A stretch of DNA of 43,454 nt from Octopus sinensis (GCF_006345805.1 NW_021835090.1:1-43454); one strand, 5' to 3'. Positions 25,483 through 37,660 are shown, numbered from the stretch's first letter. Notes: generated by a model from the sequence alone, not told the origin. Numbers and translations are program-made.

Positions 25483-26128
25483 CAACAAGTCATCGCACTG
25501 CAACCATGCATTTTCTCGAAGTGTTTATATATATGAAAACAGCCGCCATGTTTGACCGCTAGCTTTAAAGGCATGTCTTATTCTCTCTTTGTTTATTTCC
25601 TCGTGTTCCTTTCTGTAAACCCCAAGTATATATATATATATATATATATAGATGAGTGTATTTTTACCTTGTTAACAATTAACACGGAAAAAATAAATAA
25701 ATAGTTACCAGGGCAGCAAAAATCTCACAAGTAAAGATGTTGTAACTCCTTGTTTAAAAAGGTAGAAACTTCGTGTTTAATATTAATATCCCTACTCTTT
25801 CTGTTAGCTTCTTATGACGTTATATCATATAACGTTTTTTTTTTAACAATATTAATAGCGCTCTGTCTATCGCTATACAAATCCATCATTTTTGCTAAAA
25901 TGTCTTATTGAAGAGTTTCGTTTGTTTTTACTTTCCTGAGGAGAAGATTGCATTGTTTATACCATTTATTCTTTAGAATAGTATCAGTGGAATTTTCGAA
26001 ACATGTGTCGAAAGTAAAAATATTTGATTACACCTGCGTTAACTCCATTTTTTATTCATATATATTTATATATATATATTTATATATATATTGCGTTTTT
26101 CTTTTTCAAAATTATTATGAGTATATAA

Positions 26129-26215
26129 GCACAGGAATGGTTGTGTGGTAAGAACTTTGCTTCACTGAACATGGTATCCTGTTTAGTCCTACTTACGAGG
26201 CCAACTTTGTACAGT
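26129..26215 (+). mobile_element. Decayed family A head
   Basis: gcacaggaatggttgtgtggtaag...tttagtccta. Confidence 0.55.
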
Positions 26216-26451
26216 GCATTCCACTATGGCACCGGGTCCACGAAACCTATCTTGCGCCGCGCGCGTCTTTGTGTTTTCCCCTGCTATCGCTTTATAGCAG
26301 TTGTAGTGTTGGTTTCTTTACGTTCGCTTAACCTAATGGTGTGATATACGAGATCGATAAACTAATTAGCAGACATTAACAAAATTACATACCGGAGGTG
26401 ATTCGTTGGAAACCTTTAAGGATGAGACCCTACAAGTAAAAGATGATATAT

Positions 26452-26518
26452 TTGGGAACCGAAACCACGATCCTACGACTGCGAGCACTCTGCCCGAACC
26501 ACTGGGCCATTGCACCTC
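26452..26518 (-). mobile_element. Head D tRNA-like fragment
   Basis: Minus strand gaggtgcaatggcccagtggttcggg...ggtttcggttccc. Confidence 0.75.
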
Positions 26519-26531
26519 AATATATATATTA

Positions 26532-26949
26532 CTCTCTTTCTCTTTTACTCTCTTACTTGTTTCAGTCATTTGACTGCGGCCATGCTGGAGCACCGCCTTT
26601 AATTGAGCAACTCGACCCCGGCACTTATTCTTTTTGTAAGTCCAGTACTTATTTTATCGGTCTCTTTTGCCGAACCGATAAGTAACGGGGACATAAACAC
26701 ACCAGCATCGGTTGTCAAGCAATGCTAGGGGGACAAATACAGACACACAAACACACACACGCATATGTATATATATACATATATACGACGGGCTTCTTTC
26801 AGTTTCCGTCTACCAAATCCACTCACAAGGCTTTGTTCGGCCCGAGGCTATAGTAGAAGACACTTGCCCAAGGTGCCACGCAGTGGGACTGAACCCGGAA
26901 CCATGTGGTTGGTAGACAAGCTACTTACCACACAGCCACTCCTGCGCCA
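26532..26949 (-). mobile_element. SINE family A, full length
   Basis: Complete reverse-complement match, including the internal microsatellite. Confidence 0.92.
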
Positions 26950-27532
26950 TATATATATGCATACATACATACATACATACATACATACATACATTTTGGT
27001 AACAGTTTGGTAAGTTACAATTTACCATATTTATGTGAAGTTGAGAGATTTATAATATGAGACCGTAATGCTGTCATTTTCTTTTTTTTTTCTAAACAAT
27101 GTGTAGTATTTGCAAATGAATGGATACATTTCTATAATAGTCTAAAAGTTAGTTTAAAATTAGAACGTTAAATGGATGGAGGATTATACCAGATGAAATA
27201 TCGTTTCCGCTTTCTAGTCATCGTTTTAATAGTACGTCTAGTAGTTGAAGGCATATTCCTCGAAGCCACTTTTTTTTTAAGTGCTTTATTTAAGTAAGTC
27301 GCGGAATCAATAAATGACCTCTGCGTACAAGAATCGATTTAGGTGCATGCAATGTTCTTACATGGTATTAAGTGTTTAGGTACATATATTTGAGTAAAAA
27401 TCATTGCAAATTCTTATATAGCTAGCGAAGTTATTCATATATATATATATGTATATATGGGACCTCACTTTCATCCAACTTTAAATGTACAACCACGAAC
27501 ATTTGTCTACCACATACAACTAAATAATATGT

Positions 27533-27900
27533 GGAGGCGCAATGGCCCAGTGGTTAGGGCAGCGGACTCGCGGTTTCGATTCCCAGACCGGGCGTTGTGA
27601 GTGTTTATTGAGCGAAAACACCTAAAACACCACGAGGCTCCGGCAGGGGATGGTGGTGATCCCTGCTGTACTCTTTCACCACAACTTTCTCTCACTCTTA
27701 CTTCCTGTTTCTGTTGTACCTGTATTTCAAAGGACCGGCCTTGTCACTCTCTGTGTCACGCTGAATATCCCCCCGAGAACTACGTTAAGGGTACACGTGT
27801 CTGTGGAGTGCTCAGCCACTTACACGTTAATTTCACGAGCAGGCTGTTCCGTTGATTCGGATAAACCGGAACCCTCGTCGTGGTAACCGACGGAGTGCTT
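27533..27900 (+). mobile_element. SINE, head D + tail X
   Basis: Head as at 14812, tail as at 715-893. Confidence 0.9.
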
Positions 27901-27928
27901 CCATCCACATAATATAAATAGATATTCA

Positions 27929-28545
27929 GGTGCAGACGTGGATGTGTGGTAAGAAGATAACTTCTTAATCGCATAATCAGTCCTATTACGTGGAACTTTG
28001 GGCATGTGTCTTCCAGCTAGCCTTGGTTCGACCAAAGCATGGGGATATCTGTTTCTTTATTAACCACAAGGGGCTAAACATAGAGGGGGACAAACAAGGA
28101 CAGACAAACGGATAAGGTCGATTACATCGACCCCTGCGCGTAACTGGTAGTTAATTGATCGACCCTGATAGATGAAAGGTAAAGTCGACCTCGGCGGAAT
28201 TTGAACTCAGAACGTAACGGCAGACGAAATACGGCTACGCGTTTCGCCCAGCGTGCTAACGGGGCTGCCAGCTCGCCGCCCTCAACCAAAGCATGGGGAT
28301 ATCGTATATTATGTATTGATCTATTTGTTTGTGTCTTTGTGTCTTTGTATTGTCCCTAACCGCCGCTAGAAAATCACTGGTGGTGGGTTTGCATCCTTCT
28401 AACATAACGGTTTGGCAAAGCGACCGATAGAATATGTGTCCGGCTTAAAGGAATCATTTGTAGATCCGATTAATTCGACTAAAAATTCTTCAAGTCGGGA
28501 TCCAGCGGAGTCGCAGTCTAATGAATGAATCAACTAAAAGAAGAT
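27929..28545 (+). mobile_element. Old family A-type SINE interrupted by a family B insertion
   Basis: 5' part at 27929-28049 and 3' part at 28304-28545. Confidence 0.65.
28051..28283 (-). mobile_element. Young family B SINE with a 19-bp TSD
   Basis: TSD accaaagcatggggatatc at 28031-28049 and 28285-28303. Confidence 0.95.
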
Positions 28546-28585
28546 AAATTAAATGCAAAATAACCGACGGACAAACACGGATATA

Positions 28586-28726
<141 letters not shown>

Positions 28727-28777
28727 CACAGGCAAATTTATAAATTATGTAAATGCACATATAGAACGATAGATAGA

Positions 28778-28965
28778 CTCCAGTCCACTCAGCTGGCAAA
28801 AATGAGTAGTATCTGGATTTCAAAGGGCTAGGCTTGTCACACACACTGTGTCATACTGATTCTCCCTGAGCACTAGGTTTAGGGTACACGTGTCTGTTAA
28901 TTTCCCGAGAAAACTTTTCAGTTGATTGTAGCAACTGAACCATCGTCGATGTAAACGACGAAGTA
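28778..28965 (+). mobile_element. 5'-truncated old SINE, end of head C + tail X
   Basis: ctccagtccactcagctggcaaaaatgagt...tttcaaagggc...agggtacacgtgtctgt. Confidence 0.75.
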
Positions 28966-28998
28966 CACCTTCTTTACATATGTATGATATACGGTATA

Positions 28999-29135
28999 CA
29001 TATACATATGTTTATACATATATATTCATATACAATTACTTACATATAAACATATAGATACAGATACATACATGCATATATATATATATATATATATAAT
29101 ATATATATACGTATGCATATATAAACATATACATA

Positions 29136-29166
<31 letters not shown>

Positions 29167-29181
29167 ATAAACATATACATA

Positions 29182-29212
<31 letters not shown>

Positions 29213-29456
29213 ATAAACATATACATATACATATGTTTATACATATATATTCATATACAATTACTTACATATAAACATATAGATACAGATACATACATGC
29301 ATATATATATATATAATATATATATATATATATACGTATGCATATATAAACATATACATATATATACATATATATATATATACGTATGCATATATAAACA
29401 TATACATATATATACATATATATATATATACGTATGCATATATAAACATATACATA
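28999..29456. repeat. Higher-order tandem repeat: two units of about 225 bp, each holding three subunits of about 44 bp
   Basis: catatacatatgtttatac...tacaattacttac recurs at 28999 and 29224; tacgtatgcatatataaacatatac recurs six times. Confidence 0.9.
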
Positions 29457-29689
29457 TACATACATATATATATATATATATACATATGTATATAAACATA
29501 TATATATATATATATGTGTGTTTATATATATATTCATACACATATATGTACATGCATATATATACACATACATATATATGTGTGTGCATGCGTCTGTTTT
29601 GTGTGTGTGTGTTTGTGTGTGTGTGTTTGTGTGTGGGCGAGTGTGTGTGTAGGTACGTGTATGTTGTCCATACATATAAGCATGCTTAC

Positions 29690-30237
29690 GCAAGGAGATT
29701 GTTTGCTTGTATTGGTAATTATATCATTGAACGCCGATGGTGAATACGTTTATCGTCTAGAGATATTTCTGAAAATATCATTTTATTTATATCATTGAAT
29801 ATATCAATCCACGCATACCACTCCCTCCTCACAACCGCTTGCCTACAAAGTTTTTTTGAGTTCATCAATCTTCCCATTTATTTTTCAGAACCGATCTCAG
29901 TTCGATTGCCTTCTAGGTATATTCTTTTCAGATCCACCAACGGATTTATCAGCCTAACGTCGTTACTTGTATCAGCGAGGCTTATATCGATGAAGCAATT
30001 AAATATCACCTCATGTAGAACTGGAGCCGGGATGGTCCATCCTAAAAGTACATCTGCTTAAGCATTGTTATGATATTTGGCTCCAATGTTCCTGATAATA
30101 CACAAATTGATCAATATCGATTCTAAGTATCAGTAGATTAGTGATCACCAGAAGCTAAGAACGGCGTCTTTTCTGTTCACCATATCACCCAGAAATAGCA
30201 GGCAAGTTTCCATCAAATGATTGTATATACTCTCTTA
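29690..30237 (-). pseudogene. Possible decayed leucine-rich-repeat coding fragment
   Basis: A minus-strand frame gives ...FIDISLADTSNDVRLINPLVDLKRIYLEGNRTEI..., with one exact LxxLxxLxLxxN-type match and weaker neighbours; several in-frame stops. Confidence 0.25.
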
Positions 30238-30497
30238 TAAATAAATAAATGCGACCTTTTAAAACCTAGCGAGGCTCATGGGCCAGGTTTACCGGTTTCA
30301 ATGGCGTATGTGTTCCCCAGCTGGACAGGACGCCAGTCCATCCCAGCGTTACTCATTTTTCCCAGCTGAGTGGACTGGAGCAACGTGAAATGAGGTGTTT
30401 TGATCAAGAACACAACGCGTCGCCCGGTCCAGGAATCGAAATCATAATCTTACGATCATGATACTGACACCCTAACCACTAAGCCACGAGCCTCCAC
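30238..30497 (-). mobile_element. SINE, head C + tail Y
   Basis: tRNA-like head, (ttta)n tail, imperfect 13-bp TSD atatactctYtta at 30225 and 30498. Confidence 0.9.
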
Positions 30498-31639
30498 ATA
30501 TACTCTTTTATTTAAGAACAAATCACCTTATGTAACTGTTTGGATACCCTATGTCACAATGAGAGATGTATTTCTTGCAGAAAAAACGACATTGGTCATG
30601 CAGGTCTTGATGAAAACTGCCCTCTGGTTGCACAACAGGAGCAACCATAAAACCTGTCAGTAGCAAGAGAGAGCTAGATCTGTTAGTATAACAGCCAAAT
30701 GTTAGAGCCTGTTTTTCAAGTAAAAATACTAAAAACGTAAAAGAGAGAGAGAGAAAAGAACACTTTAACTAAAGCAATGCTGGATACACGAGACGTAAAA
30801 AATCAAAGTGCTTACGATTCCAATAATCTTCACCAAAATTCTGTTCGAACAATTATAGCCAAAATTCTATTAATAAAAGAAATAAGAGCAATGAGAAGCT
30901 ATTAATTTTTATCAATGGTCTTCCTTATTTACTATGAACTGATTCCGTAATCTTTTTTTGCTCAAAAACCACATTCAATGATGAATCTAATTGCATATGG
31001 ATTTCAAAGGCATGTGTTCTTTCAAATAACCCATTACATCTTTTAATCGAAATATAAATTACAGAATGTTCCTTTGTTGGATATTACTAATTAAGGAGGA
31101 GAATTGTGTTATGATCATAACTAATCGCTCTGCTGAATCCATTTGTAAGCAGCTAAACCTTGCTGTAGAATAATCTGAAAACGGGTACTTGTCAACACAC
31201 ATACTGACGAACATCTAAAAAAATATTATTTTCAGCAATCATTTCTCGCTTTATCATACTGTGGTTACTTATTTTCAAGAAAACAGAAAGAATAATAGAT
31301 ATAAATATTTATAATATAAACACACGAGCAGAGAAATAAGTAAATTGATATGCATAAAAGTGCAAACTTTGACGACGCCATTTGAATAATTAATTCTGTC
31401 TGGATTCCTGTACAATAAACAGATTATAAGCTAATAATAATTCCTTGAATAACTGATTGTGATAAAGAGAAACTAAAAACTGAATATAATCTGTCGATGA
31501 CGCTTTCTGATGGCAGATGGACAAATATTGTTTGAATCTTGTACCAAATATTCTCATCAACGCTAAAAATTCATAGTTACCGAAATGCATACTCGTAAGT
31601 TTTCTGTAGAGAACTCTTTTTCTCTCTCTCACTGTTTAT

Positions 31640-31918
<279 letters not shown>

Positions 31919-31920
<2 letters not shown>

Positions 31921-32281
31921 TTAAGCATTGTTATGATATTTGGCTCCAATGTTCCTGATAATACACAAATGATCAATATCGATTCTAAGTATCAGTAGAT
32001 TAGTGATCACCAGAAGCTAAGAACGGCGTCTTTCTGTTCAACATATCAGCCAGAAATAGCAGGGCAATTTTCCATCAAATGATTGTATATACTCTCTTAT
32101 AATAAATAAATGCGACCTTTTAAAAAAACCTAGCGAGGCTCATGGGCAGGTTTACCCGTTTCAATGGCGTATGTGTTCCCCAGCTGGACAGGACGCCAGT
32201 CCATCCCAGCGTTACTCATTTTTCCCAGCTGAGTGGACTGGAGCAACGTGAAATGAGGTGTTTTGATCAAGAACACAACGC
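31919..32281 (+). repeat. 363-bp direct copy of 30056-30418
   Basis: Colinear with the source; about 4 substitutions and 6 homopolymer indels; shared GC at both junctions. Confidence 0.95.
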
Positions 32282-32328
32282 TTCCTGAAGATTTCTCTTG
32301 AATGAAACAGTTCTAGTCCTGTAGAAGC
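32280..32328 (+). ncRNA. Type I hammerhead ribozyme fold
   Basis: GCUUC-CUGAAGA-UUUCucuuGAAU-GAAA-CAG-uucuaguc-CUG-UA^GAAGC: 5-bp stem I, 4-bp stem III, canonical core, predicted cleavage after 32323; stem II is weak (U.U then UUC/GAA). Confidence 0.8.
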
Positions 32329-32344
32329 TCCTTCTATATAATAA

Positions 32345-32346
32345 TA

Positions 32347-32390
<44 letters not shown>

Positions 32391-32517
32391 GTATATATAT
32401 ATATATATATATGTATAATATATATATATATAGTATATATATATATATATATATGTATTATATATATATGTATATATATATATAATATATATGTTATATA
32501 TATATATATCTATATAG

Positions 32518-32554
<37 letters not shown>

Positions 32555-32574
32555 CTATATATATGTATATATAT

Positions 32575-32611
<37 letters not shown>

Positions 32612-32612
32612 T
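32345..32612. repeat. Long degenerate (TA)n tract
   Basis: Direct reading. Confidence 0.95.
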
Positions 32613-32802
32613 TATCATTCGATATATATGATGTCCCCTCTGTGTTCAGCCCTGTGTGGCCAATAAAGAAAGTTATCTTTCGATATATATAAATTTAAAA
32701 TAATAAGGGTGAAAATATTGAATATTAATTTAATTAATATCAGTTTAATACCAGTGGCCTAGCATATAGAAAAATCTGAAGATTCAGAAAAATTATATAA
32801 CA

Positions 32803-33472
32803 TACATAGAAAGGGGGATGACCACTAAGAGGACATCCATTTTGCTAGAAGTCAACCCTCTATGGTCTTACCACTAAAAAAGGAATGTTATCAAGAAAAT
32901 TTAGCAAACGCCAGGACGTAAGCGAGCAGGACAGATAAAAAGATACAAAATATACAGATTAATCACAAACCAATTTCGTTGTTACCACTTACGTAATTAC
33001 TGACGCAGATGTCCGCAACTCGTCAGTGTGATCCTCATAGCAAAATATAAGTAATTACGTAAGTGGTAACAACGTTAGCATGCCGGGCGAAATGCTTTGC
33101 TGTATTTCGTCTGCCGCTACGTTCTGAGTTCAAATTCCGCCGAGGTCGATTTTGCCATTCATCCTTTCGGGGTCGATTAAATAAGTACCAGTTACGCACT
33201 GCAGTCGATATAATCGACTTAATCAGTTTGTCTGTCATTGTTTGTCCCCCTGCGTATTTAGCCCCTTGTGAGTAGTAAAGAAATAGGTAACAACGAAGCT
33301 GGTTTGTGATTAATCTGTATATTTTGTATCTTTTCATTTGTCTTGCTCGCTTAGGTTCTGGCGTTTGCAAAATTTTCTTGAGAACATTCCTTATTAAGTG
33401 GTAAGACCATAGGGGATCGACTTTTAGTATAATGGATGTCCACTTAGTGGTCATCGCTCTTATATCTATGTA
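32803..33472. mobile_element. Old MITE-like element with about 195-bp inverted arms, interrupted by a SINE
   Basis: Left arm 32803-33000 is inverted at 33051-33074 plus 33296-33472; 50-bp spacer; ends tacatag...ctatgta. Confidence 0.8.
33075..33285 (+). mobile_element. 5'-truncated family B SINE inside the MITE arm
   Basis: 10-bp TSD ggtaacaacg at 33065-33074 and 33286-33295. Confidence 0.9.
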
Positions 33473-33489
33473 ATATCGATCTATGTAAC

Positions 33490-33517
33490 TATGTATGTAT
33501 GTATGTATGTATGTATG

Positions 33518-33560
<43 letters not shown>

Positions 33561-33660
33561 GTATCTATCTATCTATATCTATATATATATATATTATATA
33601 TTATATATATATATATATTATATATATATATATATGTATGCATATGTGTATATATGTATG
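33490..33660. repeat. (TATG)n(TATC)n(TA)n compound microsatellite
   Basis: Direct reading. Confidence 0.95.
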
Positions 33661-34760
33661 TATACATAGAGGCATACACACCCACATACTCATATGTACA
33701 TGCGAGTCTGTATGTAAATATATGAGGGTAAGTCCAAACATAACACAAATAAAAAGATGAATCTCTTTCTGACTCACCCTCGTTTATATATATAATGGTA
33801 TATAAATGTATGTCCGTGTGTATGTTTGTGTTGTGTTTATGTATCTATGTATTTATGTGTGTATGTACGTAAGTATATATGTATGTATGCATGTATGTAT
33901 GTTTGTATGCATGTATGTATATAAGTGTGTGTAGGTATGTGTGTATGTGTGTGTGTATCCTCGTTTTTCAAAGTGTAGCCGAGTCTTTTGATTCGCTGGA
34001 AATATAATTCTCCTACTTGTTTTATAAGACGTCTAACCCAACATTTCTATCCAAAACGATTTATCCCCGAAATCTTTCAAATACACCTTACAACAACTTA
34101 TATAAACAAGTCAGTAATTTAACAAGTGCTACAAGAGGCGGACTAGCTTTATCGTATATGTTATGGGATGACCGAGTCAATAAGATATGGTTTCACGCTT
34201 CCAAAGCACTTATCGGAGAATCATTTTCTCGCTTCGCGTCTGCAACATAGATGCACAGAGATTGGCGCCACAATAACAACCTTACGTTTTGGTCAACATT
34301 GCTAATTGGAAAGATCTTACATTATAAAGAAGCGACCGCATACTTATAAATGTGAAGGATAGGCTGCAGTTTGAGGCAACGCAAACTGCTCATAAAATAA
34401 TGAAATTTTATCCCGAAAAAACTGCAGGCTTTTCGAAACCTAAATTTTAGAGTGTGCTGGTTACGTCAATCATGAAAGATTGTCTCTCGGGGGACCAACG
34501 TGGTATAATTATGCAAAAGGATCCAACATACTTATGTCATTAATTAAGTTTTCTTTCTTACTGATAGCCTGAAATGACATTACAGATAACTACGGGAGAA
34601 CAGAGTATCGATTGATGTAAATCTTAAGATCATGTCATAGATATTTTTTTTTTAAATCGGGGTTACGTGGGCATGTAATGGTCAAAGAAACAAATGGTAT
34701 AAAATGTATTAAGAAGATACTTCCAGCAGAAATCGGTTATGAATGAAACCGACATGTATG

Positions 34761-34813
<53 letters not shown>

Positions 34814-34814
34814 A

Positions 34815-35130
34815 TTATGTGAAATAGAAGAATGAATAATCTTGTAGTAGATTAATCAAAGTGTTAACCGATACCTTAGTAGCAAAAATCACAGCAGTGA
34901 ACAGCACGGTTGGAGGTACAACCATCTGGCGTTGCAACCGTGGCGTTGGTGCGGATATTGAAATTAAAAACATTATGGTGAATTGAAGAAATGGAGCTGA
35001 ACGCAGATTGAACAGAAATCGTTTTATTTCATCTACACGTGCCTTTCGAAACAAGTGTAGAATGAAATAAAACGATTTCTGTTCAATCTGCGTTCAGCTC
35101 CATTTCTTCAATGCACCAATAATGTTTTTA
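34815..35130. mobile_element. Fold-back insert between (TA)n tracts with a hammerhead 3' half at the turn
   Basis: Near-perfect arms 34965-35038 and 35055-35130; the loop and arm start read tttc-GAAAC-aagt-GTA-gaatg. Confidence 0.75.
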
Positions 35131-35169
35131 TAATATATATATATATATATATTATATATATGTATAATT

Positions 35170-35290
35170 CCATTTTTTGTGTAATGGGAAAAAAAAACCC
35201 AAGGCTGTGCAGATATTAAAACATTTATAGATAGAAGGTCTTACAGCTGTTTCTATGATATTTTTTAATTATATCCCTTCATCGGAGGCG
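35170..35290 (-). ncRNA. Degenerate minimal hammerhead motif in a short TA-adjacent insert
   Basis: Minus strand CCGAUGA-agg-gatat...atatc-ata-GAAAC-AGCU-GUA^agacc; palindromic ACAGCUGU stem III; U4C change and imperfect stems I and II. Confidence 0.55.
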
Positions 35291-36164
35291 GTGTGAGAGG
35301 ATGGTTAATACATAGTTAATTCAGATGTGATGCAAAATAGAGAGTCAGATGGAGGAAAGAAAATAGATGCAAGATATGTAGGGATATTGAAGTTGTAGAT
35401 CCACTTTTTTAGGCAGAATGGTATATATGTAATATTCCAATACCCAATATATATACATATATATACCCACAGATGAAACACTGAAATACGCATTCTACAT
35501 AGACGCACAAAAGCACAGACACTCGCATACTTATATGTAAATATAGAGAGTAATATCGATGTAGATAAATATATGCATTGAAATATCGGCGTAAGAGTTA
35601 TGCTACATAAATATGTTTAATCAATTAGCTGGAATTCAGTAGCACCCGAAATAATGTTTATATGATGTAACAATTCTTCAACGTAGATTTTTCGATTTTT
35701 CATTATCTTTATGCAGAGGAAAAAAAAGCCATGTATATACATATTCTGAAATGTATTAACTGAGGAAGCTCTTGCGTAAAATGTTTTTTTTTTCTTATAT
35801 ATTACGAAATTATTTGAAACGAACGTAGTAATTGTTTCTAAATTTCATTACTTGGTTTGACTTCGTTATTATATATACAAATATATTATATATATATATT
35901 TGTAAAAGTATGTGAATATATATATAAGATCTAAGGATCGAGGTGTGGGATGAAAGTTAACTTCAAGCAATCCGTAGTAAATATTAAGAAAACCATCTTT
36001 TACGAGTAATAGTAGTTTATTGAGAAAGAAGGTTGTAGAAGTTTTTCTTATCGAAGTACGATAAATTGAAAAAAAAGTTCTTTCTATATTTCATGTAAAC
36101 GTCATTTAGTCAAGATATCCTTGGCCAGGAGAGTAGCCTGCGGTATACACCTCGCTTGGATATT

Positions 36165-36237
36165 TACCACTTCGAAGGTTCCGCTCGCAATGAAACATAT
36201 GTAGCCCGAATCTTACCTCCTCCATTCCTTAAATCTT
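36165..36237 (+). ncRNA. Hammerhead 3' half with a decayed core next to (TA)n
   Basis: caat-GAAAC-ATAT-GTA-gcc with palindromic ACATATGT; upstream tcgaagg only weakly resembles CUGAAGA. Confidence 0.3.
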
Positions 36238-36307
36238 GTATATATATCTATATATATATTTATGTGTGTGTGTATATATATGTGTGTACAAATATATGTG
36301 TGTATAC

Positions 36308-36363
<56 letters not shown>

Positions 36364-36391
36364 CGTATATGTATATATATATATATATATA

Positions 36392-36424
<33 letters not shown>

Positions 36425-36426
36425 CG

Positions 36427-36478
<52 letters not shown>

Positions 36479-36497
36479 TAGATAGATAAATATAGAT
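36238..36497. repeat. (TA)n tract with an internal duplication of about 60 bp
   Basis: taacgtatatgtatata recurs at about 36361 and 36422. Confidence 0.9.
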
Positions 36498-36692
36498 ATT
36501 TCTGTCAGTTGATTGCGGCTATGCTGGTGCAGCCTTTTTTAGTTGAAGAAATCAACCCCAAGGCTTATTCTTTATAAGCCTGGTACTTATTCTATCGGCC
36601 CCTTTTGCCGAACCACTAAGTTATGGGAACGCGAAAACACCAACGCCAGTTGTGGTTGTCAAGCGCTGGTGGGCGACAAACACAAAGACACA
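36498..36692 (-). mobile_element. Family A 3' half
   Basis: Reverse-complement match to the A 3' half, ending in (CA)n. Confidence 0.8.
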
Positions 36693-36733
36693 CATGCACA
36701 CGCGCGCAAATGCACACACACACACACACACAA

Positions 36734-36764
<31 letters not shown>

Positions 36765-37194
36765 CACATGCACATATATATGTTTGAATATTACACAGGG
36801 AGCTATCTATAATAGGCAGGATGCATCCACTTCTGAATGTATTGTCTTAACATCTACGTAATTATCTTTGTACTGAAGAATCCCTGGCAGCTAATAAAAC
36901 ATCGGTGTGTTCCAGCAGTGAAGTCTTCTAAATCCTTAATCAATAGCATATTTAATTAATGAGATCCCTTATTAATGGGAATAAACGAATAAATCGATTT
37001 TCTTTTATTTCATAATTGGCTTCGTTCTTGCAGCAGTGATATTTTGTTTCTGTATTCCGTCAGTACTATAATAATGCTATACCCACAAATACATACATTC
37101 ATACTTATATATATATATTATATATATATATATATATATAATATATATTATATATATATATATACAATAATATGTAACAATTACTCAATAGTCA

Positions 37195-37257
37195 AGATAA
37201 AACTCTGAGTTTCAGATGCCGAAGTGGAAATCCACAACACCATCTCTTCGGTTATCT
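37195..37257 (-). ncRNA. Type I hammerhead motif in the PLE terminal repeat
   Basis: AGAUAA-CCGAAGA-GAUG(g ug uu GUGG auuu CCAC uu cg g)CAUC-U-GAAA-CUC-A-GAG-UU^UUAUCU: 6-bp stem I, long stem II, near-palindromic stem III; U4C change. Confidence 0.7.
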
Positions 37258-37417
37258 GGCCATGTGAAAAACGCTATGAAAAAATACCGTTATATAAACG
37301 GAAATTACTGTGTTATAATTCTGCTACTTATATAAATTAAGATTAAAGGTTCATAGTAAACACGAAAACATGGCTAGTCATGCGTTCACATGTGCGGTCG
37401 CGGATCCACATGCGTAC

Positions 37418-37660
37418 TTATACGTCACTATGAAAACGTACCCAATGGATGTTATAATTGACACCTTTATCTTTTAAAGACCAAATATGATTAGATAATT
37501 TTGTCGCTTTTCTTTTGTTCCAGTGCCTAAAACTCAAGGTGTGGTAATTGAACCTGGCCTTGAAATTACCCTCTGTAAGGCCCACGTATAGATGATGGTC
37601 TCGGACATGCAAGCTCCATTTACCGGGCACAATTTTTTATTCCTGCATGAACAGCTGTTG
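37418..37660 (-). pseudogene. GIY-YIG endonuclease fragment of a Penelope-like element, with a frameshifting deletion
   Basis: One frame reads CSCRNKKLCPVNGACMSETIIY; a second frame reads YVGLTEGNFKARFNYHTLSFRHWNKRKATKLSNHIWSLKDKGVNYNIHW, matching PLE endonuclease motifs (YIG, conserved R and H, LS.HIW.LK). Confidence 0.85.
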
